From: a virus
Strand: one strand, 5' to 3'
DNA length: 64,000 bases
IMG/VR virus record: IMGVR_UViG_3300021560_000014
Location: 1-64,000 of that record
Shown here: positions 57,101-64,000 of the stretch, piece by piece
Layout: every line of letters starts with the position of its first letter
How positions within the stretch are numbered: the first letter of the stretch is position 1
The notes under the pieces: model-generated
The model's database searches: none
Told to the model about the DNA's origin: nothing
Seen by the model: only the letters and a program-made list of their open reading frames with translations
Program-made: the position numbers and the translations under genes

Positions 57101-57614
57101 CGTCTGGGCGAATCTGGTAGGCAGCGCCACCCTCGGCCAGCCAGTCGGTGCCAGCTACCACAGCTTTTACGCCAACTCGGACCCGTTCGCCTCAGCCCTC
57201 ATGCCCGCCGTTGGGCAAAACACGGTGCAGGAGCTGGCCGATGTCGGCAACCTGAGCGTCGCCAATGGCGGCTGGGCATTCGTCTTCGCCAACGCGATGG
57301 CAGGCCATTACAACTGCATCGGGCTCGGGCCTCCGGCGCTTTCAACCGGGGCGCTCAGCATCACGCCGACCTCGACCGACGCCTGCGGCAAGTTCACCGT
57401 GGTGAGCACCAATCCGACCACCTCGGCGACCATCACGTTTGCCCTACCCTACGGCACGCAGCCGCATTGTTCCTGTTCGGAGGACATCGGCGACGCGACC
57501 CAGCAGTTCATCGCCTGCGGCGGGAATGCCGCTGGCACCCAGCTGATCGCCAAGGTGCCGACCGACTTCCACAGCGCCAACATCCACTATAGCTGCCAGA
57601 GCAATGGCAACTGA
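54129..57614 (+). CDS. Fibre or tailspike-like beta-helix protein with signal peptide
   Basis: MIKRLIIAAVLLLSFHVPAHA; NVTAWGAVG...DDWPAAQAA...VYFP. Confidence 0.7.
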   Translation: MIKRLIIAAVLLLSFHVPAHAQYQNIPNYGNNCTILPDQPGNAGYCFRSDVNGNGSGARATSPQLVHLYANQLPATVVNGQMYYINDGTVGSPCTGGGTGAIAQGINGVWVCTGSAAPPVPPSLVSTTVWNPWQTSKAERIGTGTGSAGPYNLTLAHTAVIGGLGAAQPVTLYVNGVAQGTDYWGAGQITGSGISGTSCGIDYELGTLNNCTFTAVVGSGVAITISYTYAMPPSTQIAGYVGQMQGLSNVTAWGAVGSGNGIGCTATAGSAVLPCSGAIPANLVTNRYVEVVGGGSNAAWNPWGTYTPPAPNTAAIVAGSQTITLTTSEVVPKGEPITIAGNGIVGGPLTTFTTGNCNPCTSLTINAPPQGANGTYAVTFGPTVSPKTWTRVPITFPQFFAPINTAQGAGNDYGSYEGCTIDAAASLPAFQNNHAYAAGDVVGAAISITDRAGQSNPATGIYYVPANGAGTSATSGAPTWPTVWGNAVLTGTAHLSLVGLAAPSTNNTANTGCAQVYGYRFYPVDHLGRIGTPSPIYYTTHQPVMNSDGPAVFGTDNRILLQWTDPPDPMLYANIITRCKGSGCTPTTTIHAIVPTRFDNLTNWLWDMTNYDTGTRVDPSGTRQITVPATLPSPQNVNGVYIVTQSGTSLTLSAPMTTSGPVYVMSDDWPAAQAAVRYGCAVERIKSAGNPSVYFPASAGWLLGQPLQMIGCNGPHVYGAGGAMGTGSGATTINYIGPPGGVALDVDMARDGEYDHMNLSNNSGNNADVSLPGFWIDDDRYGYSGVTNTANNYHDMSFGAAGDHVIDISRANPTGNVENHLFTNLEMHCRFGLTTQGMGWSESAISINSYLSAAGQTNLEKFKNVFPTCSSIGWASYFSGEIEIDNLNGWGNSSSLTPPNGVPFIFLLGSAKQFLIKGAYDENGGKLAEIYGVVNMLFRIQDSDWIGNAVTQPDSSFPIMITGTGRGDGGFLDLDHIELNHTLGTPIYPNFVWANLVGSATLGQPVGASYHSFYANSDPFASALMPAVGQNTVQELADVGNLSVANGGWAFVFANAMAGHYNCIGLGPPALSTGALSITPTSTDACGKFTVVSTNPTTSATITFALPYGTQPHCSCSEDIGDATQQFIACGGNAAGTQLIAKVPTDFHSANIHYSCQSNGN

Positions 57615-57626
57615 GGAGGAGAGCCC

Positions 57627-57836
57627 ATGATTGCCTGCCTTATCTCGATCCTGATCGTCCTGCTGTTCCTGCTGGTCTTCGAGCAGATCGTCGAGTGGGG
57701 CCTGGTCTGGGTCGGCCTTGCCACGCAGCCGCCGATAATCAACATCCTGCGGCTGATATTCGTGCTCGTCTTCCTGCTCTACGCTTTCTCCTGCCTGCTG
57801 GGCTGGGGAGGATGGACGCCCATTAGACTAAGATAA
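57627..57836 (+). CDS. Small two-TM membrane protein (holin-like)
   Basis: 69 aa, two hydrophobic segments, GAGGAG RBS. Confidence 0.55.
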   Translation: MIACLISILIVLLFLLVFEQIVEWGLVWVGLATQPPIINILRLIFVLVFLLYAFSCLLGWGGWTPIRLR

Positions 57837-57931
57837 GGGTGGGCAGGAAACGGCACCGCAACCAAGATGTGTACACGGCCTTACCTTTTGGGCGGACCCC
57901 CGTTTCCTGCCCACCACGTAGAGGTTAATCA

Positions 57932-59950
57932 ATGCTGACTCCGCAACGTGGCAGTTATTACAATCGTAAATATGGCAGGGTGGTCTGGGCGGCGGGCTAC
58001 ACTGACATGGACTACGCGCGCAACCAGGAGCAGGCGCTCCTCGCGCTCGAAGGCCAGAATCTGGGCTCGTCGATCTGGAACAACGGCGTGGTCGGCGGCG
58101 GGTTGCAGCGGACCATCTCCGGCAACACCGTCACCTTCACCGATGGCACGATTGTCACCGGGGGCAGGGTATATCAGGTCGGTGGCCAGTCGGTGACATT
58201 CAGTCCGCTGGACGATCAGTGCGTCGTCATCGCCCGGATCACGGTCTCGCAGATTGACAGTACGCTCGACCCGACGCTGGTGGACCCCAATACCGGCGAC
58301 CCGGTACAGGACCGGCTGGAGGCTGACGTGCAGCTGATCGGTGCCAGGCTCGTTGCTGGCAACTGGCCGGGCATCATCGGCGGCGATGTCATCAACGAGG
58401 GCTGGGGCGCGTGGCTGGATGCCCGCGACATGCACACCACCTGCGGAGTCAATCTGCCCGGTCGCCCGATGGTGCCGGTCAGCTCCTCCGGATTCGGCCC
58501 CTACACGATAGTAAGCGGCGACCCGCTGGCGTTCCGCATGGCTGAGGAGGCGACGCGGGACACCTACGGCATGGGCCGGGGCAACGGAATGCAGCTGCTT
58601 CATACCCATGGGGTCGAGACCGCGCTCAGCGTCACCCCCTCGCTGCAACCCAACACGCTTTATTATGTCTATCTCGACCTGCGTACCAAGTACGGCCAAC
58701 CCGACCTGACTCCCGACGCCAACGGGTTCTTCGTCTCGATCAACCGCGCGGCGACCGGTGGGCCGGTGTCAGGAGGGATGACGAATTACTGCGGGACGCT
58801 CGGCGGCGATACCCTGCTGGGCGGCTTTAACCGCACCACGTTCACCTTCACTTCGGACGGCTCCGCCAGTCCGGTCACGATTACCCTGGGCATTCCAGCC
58901 AATGCCCCGACCACGCAGATTTACGTCTCCTATTTCCTTGTCACCGCCCTGCCGCTGGCCCCCAATGCGCAGACCCGCCGTGATCTCTTCATGTTCGGCA
59001 CTTCCCAGATGACGCTCTGGCAGCAGCCGCGCACCACCCTGCCGGAGATGACGGTTGACACCATCTACACGCAGAAGCGCTACCTGATAGGCGACAAGTT
59101 CGGGATCACCTACCCCTACTATTACTGGTATCAGATCACCTCCACCCTGGTGATCACCGGCAATCCGATTGACGACTCGGTCATGCGGATTCCGGCCTAC
59201 ACCGGGCAGGGACCGCAGACCTGGCTGCTCGACATTTCAAAGGCAGGGCCGGTGATCAATGGCCGCGACCAGGCGCTGCCGTTTACGCCCTGGGACGGCC
59301 ACGGCAACGGGCTGATCGATGTCTTCATGGTGTCGGCCTCCAACCAGATAGGCTATCCCGCTGCGCCGGGCCTGATGGCGTCCACTAGAGGCAAGATCAA
59401 AGGGCCGATCATGCCCTTCCCGTACAATCACTATGCCTATCTATGCACGCTGATCGTCGATCAGAACGGCCACCTGTATCAGACCACAGTCAGAAACAAT
59501 CATGCCTGGCTGCAGGGACCGGACAATCCCTACCGCATCCTGCTGGCCAGCTCGTACTCGAATACCCCGGCCCCAGTGGTCGGCGGCGTCTATGTGCTGC
59601 CGCAGCAGTGCATGGAGTTCACCGCCCAGGGTGAGATCAACATCAATAACGATACCGGGGCGGTGCAGTCGGGCTTCATCGACATCATGACGAGTCCCTA
59701 TGCCACACCCAACGGTGAGTTCGGCTACGTCAAGAGCTTCGCCTTCTGGGTGCCCAGCACCGCGACCACGGCCAATGGCGGCTTCATGGTGCTGTTCGAC
59801 GCGCGCATCCCGAACGTGCCGACACCAGCTGCGGCGTACAATTCATTCTATTATCAGTTCAGGTGGAACGGGGCGGGAATAACAGCCCCCGGAGCGGCAA
59901 CCATCAGATTCCGGCTGCTCGACTTCACCATGGACAACGGCGCAATCTAG
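57932..59950 (+). CDS. Tail fibre or baseplate-associated protein
   Basis: N-terminal Y.RVVW..G....D...N..Q anchor-like motif; no signal peptide. Confidence 0.6.
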   Translation: MLTPQRGSYYNRKYGRVVWAAGYTDMDYARNQEQALLALEGQNLGSSIWNNGVVGGGLQRTISGNTVTFTDGTIVTGGRVYQVGGQSVTFSPLDDQCVVIARITVSQIDSTLDPTLVDPNTGDPVQDRLEADVQLIGARLVAGNWPGIIGGDVINEGWGAWLDARDMHTTCGVNLPGRPMVPVSSSGFGPYTIVSGDPLAFRMAEEATRDTYGMGRGNGMQLLHTHGVETALSVTPSLQPNTLYYVYLDLRTKYGQPDLTPDANGFFVSINRAATGGPVSGGMTNYCGTLGGDTLLGGFNRTTFTFTSDGSASPVTITLGIPANAPTTQIYVSYFLVTALPLAPNAQTRRDLFMFGTSQMTLWQQPRTTLPEMTVDTIYTQKRYLIGDKFGITYPYYYWYQITSTLVITGNPIDDSVMRIPAYTGQGPQTWLLDISKAGPVINGRDQALPFTPWDGHGNGLIDVFMVSASNQIGYPAAPGLMASTRGKIKGPIMPFPYNHYAYLCTLIVDQNGHLYQTTVRNNHAWLQGPDNPYRILLASSYSNTPAPVVGGVYVLPQQCMEFTAQGEININNDTGAVQSGFIDIMTSPYATPNGEFGYVKSFAFWVPSTATTANGGFMVLFDARIPNVPTPAAAYNSFYYQFRWNGAGITAPGAATIRFRLLDFTMDNGAI

Positions 59951-60135
59951 CTCTGTGGTGGGCAGGAAACGGCACCATAGTAACGGGTGCGCTGCTTTGC
60001 TGCCAGCTCTTTCCGGTGGGCGCTGCGGTACTTGGCTTTTTGCAAGCGCAGGCACGTGCGGCACTGGTGGCTGCCGTTGGGGTTGACGTAGACATTGTCC
60101 GCCGTCAACGGGTGCTTGCGCTTGCAGACTGCCAT
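59947..60135 (-). CDS. Small Zn-finger protein (CKRKH...N.Y......CRTC, HNH-associated type)
   Basis: Start codon overlaps the upstream gene's stop. Confidence 0.6.
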   Translation of the reverse strand: MAVCKRKHPLTADNVYVNPNGSHQCRTCLRLQKAKYRSAHRKELAAKQRTRYYGAVSCPPQS

Positions 60136-60407
60136 CAGCGGTACGCCTTGACCTTGTCGAGCACGGCCCTGGGCAGGTCCTTCTCGGGGAAGAACCGCGC
60201 CCGCTTTATGCCGTCCACCCAGTCCACCGACTCGTTGCACTCGAACTCGGGCCGCACCCGGATGGTCGTGATGGGCAGCCCGTCGTTGTGCATTGGGTAG
60301 TATAGTGCCATAGGCAGGCCGTTGAACTCGCCATTGCCGGTGAAGGTGGCCTGCCCGATGAATAGATATCTATTGAGTTTGTAGTGGATATATACTCCAG
60401 GTTGCAT
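60135..60407 (-). CDS. DUF1653-like protein
   Basis: PG.Y.HYK...Y.....A...Y.......VRP...RF. Confidence 0.65.
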   Translation of the reverse strand: MQPGVYIHYKLNRYLFIGQATFTGNGEFNGLPMALYYPMHNDGLPITTIRVRPEFECNESVDWVDGIKRARFFPEKDLPRAVLDKVKAYR

Positions 60408-60559
60408 TATTCGACTCTTCCTTTGGTATTTAGTCCGTTCTTCTTGGCCAGCTCGATGAAGTCGCGAAGGATCTGATAAGCCTGTTTGCTGCTTGGCACA
60501 TCAGCCGCGACGTATTCGTCGGTCGGGTCCTCGGCAGGATAAAGAATTACTTTGGGCAT
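60407..60559 (-). CDS. Small hypothetical protein
   Basis: MPKVILYPAEDP; overlaps both neighbours. Confidence 0.5.
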   Translation of the reverse strand: MPKVILYPAEDPTDEYVAADVPSSKQAYQILRDFIELAKKNGLNTKGRVE

Positions 60560-61077
60560 CACTCTTTCACCTGTCCCAATTTCCCCAGCTGCTGCTTCCA
60601 GGCGTTGCGGCCCGCCCACTTATGCACGACGCACAGCATGGAAGGGAAGCCCGGCGACCGCTGGCTCCGCTCGGGGTCAGGGTGGACGTACCTGATGCGC
60701 TTGTCGAAGAACAGCACCATGCGCGAGTGTGCCAGGATGAACTGCCCCCAATTCGTCTCCGTCCTGACCGGCAGCAGCACCGTGACCACGGGCCGCGACT
60801 CGTGCTGGGCCTCGATCACCACCTTGATCATCCAGTCATAGAGGCCATCGCCGAACGGCGGGTTGAGCCAGATTGCGCGGGCGGGCTGCCAGGGCACCAT
60901 TAGCGCATTGGTTTCCTCGTCGATATAGCGCTCGCAGAGGGCGTCCTCGCTGTCGGCGGCGGCGTCGAGGTCATAATGGAAGATGCCGTCGAGCCGGATG
61001 AACAGCTCACGCGGCGTCCGCCACTTGCCGTCGCCGGTCGAAAACAGCCCCTTCAGTTCAGCCTTCGACAAGCTCAT
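60559..61077 (-). CDS. dam: Phage DNA N6-adenine methyltransferase (Dam-like)
   Basis: WRTP, LDAAA, WLNPPF, LLPVRT.T.W, RI.Y, FPS. Confidence 0.88.
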   Translation of the reverse strand: MSLSKAELKGLFSTGDGKWRTPRELFIRLDGIFHYDLDAAADSEDALCERYIDEETNALMVPWQPARAIWLNPPFGDGLYDWMIKVVIEAQHESRPVVTVLLPVRTETNWGQFILAHSRMVLFFDKRIRYVHPDPERSQRSPGFPSMLCVVHKWAGRNAWKQQLGKLGQVKE

Positions 61078-61300
61078 GCCACCACCTCGTGAAGCTGCCA
61101 TCGAGCGTGTAATCCACGATCAGTTTCATGCCGCCCAGGGGCGTGGCCTTGACGATGTGGTGCAGGCAGAGGTCCTGCTCGCGGTCGTCGGGATAGCAGA
61201 AGCAGCCCTTGTCCAGCGCAAAGCGGGCGACCGCCTCGCCATCCGTAAACCTGCATTGCGGCCCCGTTTCCTGCCCACCATTACTTTTTGTGCCATCCAT
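61058..61300 (-). CDS. Hypothetical protein
   Basis: ORF spans a 21-bp motif copy (GGQETGPQ); start uncertain. Confidence 0.5.
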   Translation of the reverse strand: MDGTKSNGGQETGPQCRFTDGEAVARFALDKGCFCYPDDREQDLCLHHIVKATPLGGMKLIVDYTLDGSFTRWWHELVEG

Positions 61301-62573
61301 AGGGGTCTTCCTCATCGACTTCGGGCGACTCGATTGACAGCTCATCCTTGCTCAGCGTGATCGCGCGGGCGTCTTCCTTCCAGATGAAGACCGGGTTGAT
61401 CACGGTGCCGCCGTCGCTGCCGACACGGACTTCGACCTGTCCGGCCTTCTCCAGGGTGGCGCGGACTTCGTCCATGCGCTCGGCGGTGATGTCGAGGTGC
61501 TTGATCAGGTGGTCCGTCCGCATCTTCTTCACCCGTCGCAGGATGGCCCGCGCCCGGTGAACGGCCTCGGTCTCAGGCGTCGCTCCGGCGAATACTACCA
61601 GCTCGGACAGCCGGTTCATCAGGCCCCGGCTGAGCCGGGCGGCATGCGCGAAGTCGTCGCTGGTGATGACCTTGCGCTGGTCGGCCAGCGCCAAGTCAGT
61701 GCCCAGCTTCAGGATGAAGTCGTGTTCACGCTTCCAGCTGGGCGTTAGCGGGTCGTCGGGGTCCGGCGCTTCACGGCTGTAATACCAGTGTTCCATTGCA
61801 TCCCGCGCCTGATTGGAGAGCTTCATCTCCACGTCGCGGAGCTGGGTCAGTTCGAGCAGCCGCTGGCGTAGATGATTCAGCACCTCGTCATGGTCGGGCG
61901 GCCTGGTCGGCTCGAAGTTGCGCTTGTTGAGGTTGTAGTCGCCCATCACGCAAACGCACCTTGCCAGGAAGCCGCCGTACAGGCTGGCCCTCGATATGGA
62001 GTCGAGCATCCACTCCTTGGTGCTGCCGCAGAGCCAGTTGACGCAGGGCATCGGCATCGAATGCTCGCCGCTCATGCGGGTGCCCTCGTCGATGATCTCC
62101 TCGGGACTACCGGAGTAGAGCCCGGTCATCAGCTTGACGAAGTCGTCGGCCCTTGGCCCGGTGCCTATCGCCATGCTTAGTTCGGGCATGATGACGAACA
62201 GCTTCGACCAGCTGTAGGTCTTCGGCGCATCCCGGCTGGTGCTCTTGTCGGGCCGGGTCATCAGGTCGAGCAGCGACTTCGAGGATCGCATGGTGTGAAT
62301 CCAGTGCAGCGGCTTCACCCGTCGGCCAATCTTGCCGACCGAGTTGATGGCCTCGCCCTTGCCCAGGCCCGAGGGTCCGATCAGGAAGACATACAGGTTC
62401 GGGAACAGCTGGTTGCCCATCTTCCTGACCCATACGTTGTTCTGCACGCTCGCGGAAATCAGCGAGATGCAGCTCCAGAACAGGAACTCCTCGGGCACCT
62501 CGATCTCGCCGGACATGCTGATGTGCCGGTACAGCTCGATGAAGTTACGTGTGGAATCCAGTTTGCTGCTCAT
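61281..62573 (-). CDS. DUF3987-like P-loop helicase (primase-associated)
   Basis: PNLYVFLIGPSGLGKG, L..LY, GGFLAR. Confidence 0.8.
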   Translation of the reverse strand: MSSKLDSTRNFIELYRHISMSGEIEVPEEFLFWSCISLISASVQNNVWVRKMGNQLFPNLYVFLIGPSGLGKGEAINSVGKIGRRVKPLHWIHTMRSSKSLLDLMTRPDKSTSRDAPKTYSWSKLFVIMPELSMAIGTGPRADDFVKLMTGLYSGSPEEIIDEGTRMSGEHSMPMPCVNWLCGSTKEWMLDSISRASLYGGFLARCVCVMGDYNLNKRNFEPTRPPDHDEVLNHLRQRLLELTQLRDVEMKLSNQARDAMEHWYYSREAPDPDDPLTPSWKREHDFILKLGTDLALADQRKVITSDDFAHAARLSRGLMNRLSELVVFAGATPETEAVHRARAILRRVKKMRTDHLIKHLDITAERMDEVRATLEKAGQVEVRVGSDGGTVINPVFIWKEDARAITLSKDELSIESPEVDEEDPYGWHKK

Positions 62574-62778
62574 CGTACTGCCTCTTGATGAAGATCCTGA
62601 GTGCCCGTTCCCGCAAGTGCATATTCTTGGGCAGGCCCATCTGCCACAGCTTGCGTAGCGCGTGGCGTTCGAGCTGATCGACTCCCTGCCTGCTGATTCC
62701 CCATTGGTCGGCGGCCTCCCTCATTGTGACGTTGTGGCGTTGATAGTTGCGTAGCTTGGAACCCCCTTCCCTCTTCAT
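62545..62778 (-). CDS. Small sigma70 region 4-like HTH protein
   Basis: TMREAADQWGISRQGVDQLERHALRKL. Confidence 0.75.
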   Translation of the reverse strand: MKREGGSKLRNYQRHNVTMREAADQWGISRQGVDQLERHALRKLWQMGLPKNMHLRERALRIFIKRQYDEQQTGFHT

Positions 62779-64000
62779 GCTGCCTCCTTATACAGCTTCC
62801 CATGAAGTCCATAGGCGACTTCTTCGTACTCGCGCTTAGTCGGGAACTTCTTGAACTCGACATCTCCGGCCCAGCTGATGCCGAGTTTGGGTGTGGCTGG
62901 CACACTCAGTGGCTCGCCCTCGTACTCCCGCACCCTTTCCAGCGACTCGCAGATGAATTTGCACAGCTCATAGCTGTCCGGCCTGACGCTGAGCAGCAGG
63001 CTGTCGTGGACCTGGGCGTTCAGGTGGGCGTCCACCCGGTTGCGTTTGATGTAGTGATAGGCCGGGATGAGCCCGTACTGATTGAGCAGCCCGGCGTTCT
63101 CGCTCTGCGGGCCAAATGCGTACGCACGCCGGTAGAGGTCGTCGCCCAGCTTGTCCCACTTGAAATTGATGGTGCGCCCCCAGGAGTTGGTTAGGGTGCG
63201 AGTCTCGCGGACCTTGGCCGCCACCCGATCCTGCCAGGTGCGGATGGCCGGGAAGCGGCCCACGTAGGTGTCGAGCATGGCCTGACATTCGACCGGGTCG
63301 CGGATGATGCCGTCGAGCAGCAGCAGCTCGGACAGCTTGATGCCGGTCATCCCATAGGACGTACCGTGAACCGTGCGCTTGGCCAGATAGCGCTGGCTCT
63401 TGCTGACCTTGTCGTCATCGACACTGAAGATGATACCGCCGTTGTAGTTGTGGATGTCGAACTCCCACGGCTTGGAGCGGCCCAGCTCCATCAACCCCTC
63501 GTCGTGGGTGAACATGGTCATGATGCGCCATTCCACCTGGGAGAGGTCGATCTCCAGGAAAATGTAGCCGGGGTCGGGCATGAAGATGTGGCGAATCTCA
63601 CGGTCCTGGTTCTGCAGATTACCGCCCGTCCGCATCGGGCTCTTGGAGCTGGTCAGCCGTCCGGTCTCAGTCGAGTAGCCAAACTGCGTACGCATTTTGG
63701 AATCGTCGTCGAGCCGGGTCTCGGGCAGGAATAAGGAGAGCTGGTAGGTGCGGCGGTGGTCAAGAATTAGATTTAATGCCTTGACCCCCTGCTGGCCCTT
63801 GGCGATGTCCTCTATCGTGCGCAGCCGGGTGCTCTCGCGCATCAGCGGGCGGTCGAGCCCGTCGGAGTGCAGCTGGAATTGCTGCTGCTTGATGCGGTTG
63901 GTCAGCCGGATCAGCAGCCTGCGCAACGCGACCTCCTTGGTCGTGGGCTCGCCGGTCGCCCGGTTGATCATCTTGGGCAGGCCCAGGGTGGTATATAAGT
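62775..64000 (-). CDS. polA: Family A DNA polymerase, C-terminal part (truncated by window edge)
   Basis: TETGRLTS, NLQN, DLSQVEWR (motif A), R..AK...HG..YGM (motif B), QVHDS (motif C). Confidence 0.95.
   Translation of the reverse strand, partial: LYTTLGLPKMINRATGEPTTKEVALRRLLIRLTNRIKQQQFQLHSDGLDRPLMRESTRLRTIEDIAKGQQGVKALNLILDHRRTYQLSLFLPETRLDDDSKMRTQFGYSTETGRLTSSKSPMRTGGNLQNQDREIRHIFMPDPGYIFLEIDLSQVEWRIMTMFTHDEGLMELGRSKPWEFDIHNYNGGIIFSVDDDKVSKSQRYLAKRTVHGTSYGMTGIKLSELLLLDGIIRDPVECQAMLDTYVGRFPAIRTWQDRVAAKVRETRTLTNSWGRTINFKWDKLGDDLYRRAYAFGPQSENAGLLNQYGLIPAYHYIKRNRVDAHLNAQVHDSLLLSVRPDSYELCKFICESLERVREYEGEPLSVPATPKLGISWAGDVEFKKFPTKREYEEVAYGLHGKLYKEAA

Larger units (their letters stand above)
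1309..61278. repeat. Dispersed 21-bp asymmetric motif family, core CCGTTTCCTGCCCAC (at least 22 copies)
   Basis: Plus copies start at 1309, 1381, 1426, 1885, 6925, 7107, 9086, 9409, 11515, 18566, 27317, 27356, 27401, 42503, 45026, 57894, 61258. Minus copies start at 6270, 22179, 41736, 57839, 59958. Confidence 0.95.

Noticed and set aside
48204-59950. Diversity-generating retroelement acting on the fibre genes
   Set aside because: No reverse transcriptase in the window, and the shared segments do not differ specifically at adenines.

Overview
This window is a high-GC segment of a tailed dsDNA phage with a contractile tail. In order it carries: the 3' part of a class II ribonucleotide reductase, terminase large subunit, portal, several large head-associated multi-domain proteins, neck genes, prohead protease, scaffold, major capsid, sheath, tube, tail chaperones, a tape measure with a lysozyme-like domain, baseplate and fibre-like genes. 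A minus-strand replication block (Dam-like methyltransferase, DUF3987-like helicase, family A DNA polymerase) closes the window. The main non-coding signal is a set of five loci with an 18/36-nt period. Each alternates two 9-nt repeats (GCGYGAGCC and roughly GCGNRRCCC) with mostly unique ~9-nt spacers, about 50 units in total. This matches the architecture of TIGR (tandem interspaced guide RNA) arrays, but I recognise no Nop-domain Tas gene in the window. One array sits in frame inside a 1772-aa ORF and one is a lone unit on the minus strand. A second element is a dispersed asymmetric 21-bp motif (GCGG[CC/TG]CCGTTTCCTGCCCAC, at least 22 copies) found after stop codons, next to promoter candidates, inside genes, and at the unit junctions of the arrays. 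Also notable: head proteins segmented by K-[S/A/G] motifs, and Cys-rich fibre-like proteins with signal peptides. All calls come from reading the sequence and recalled family motifs; no searches were run.
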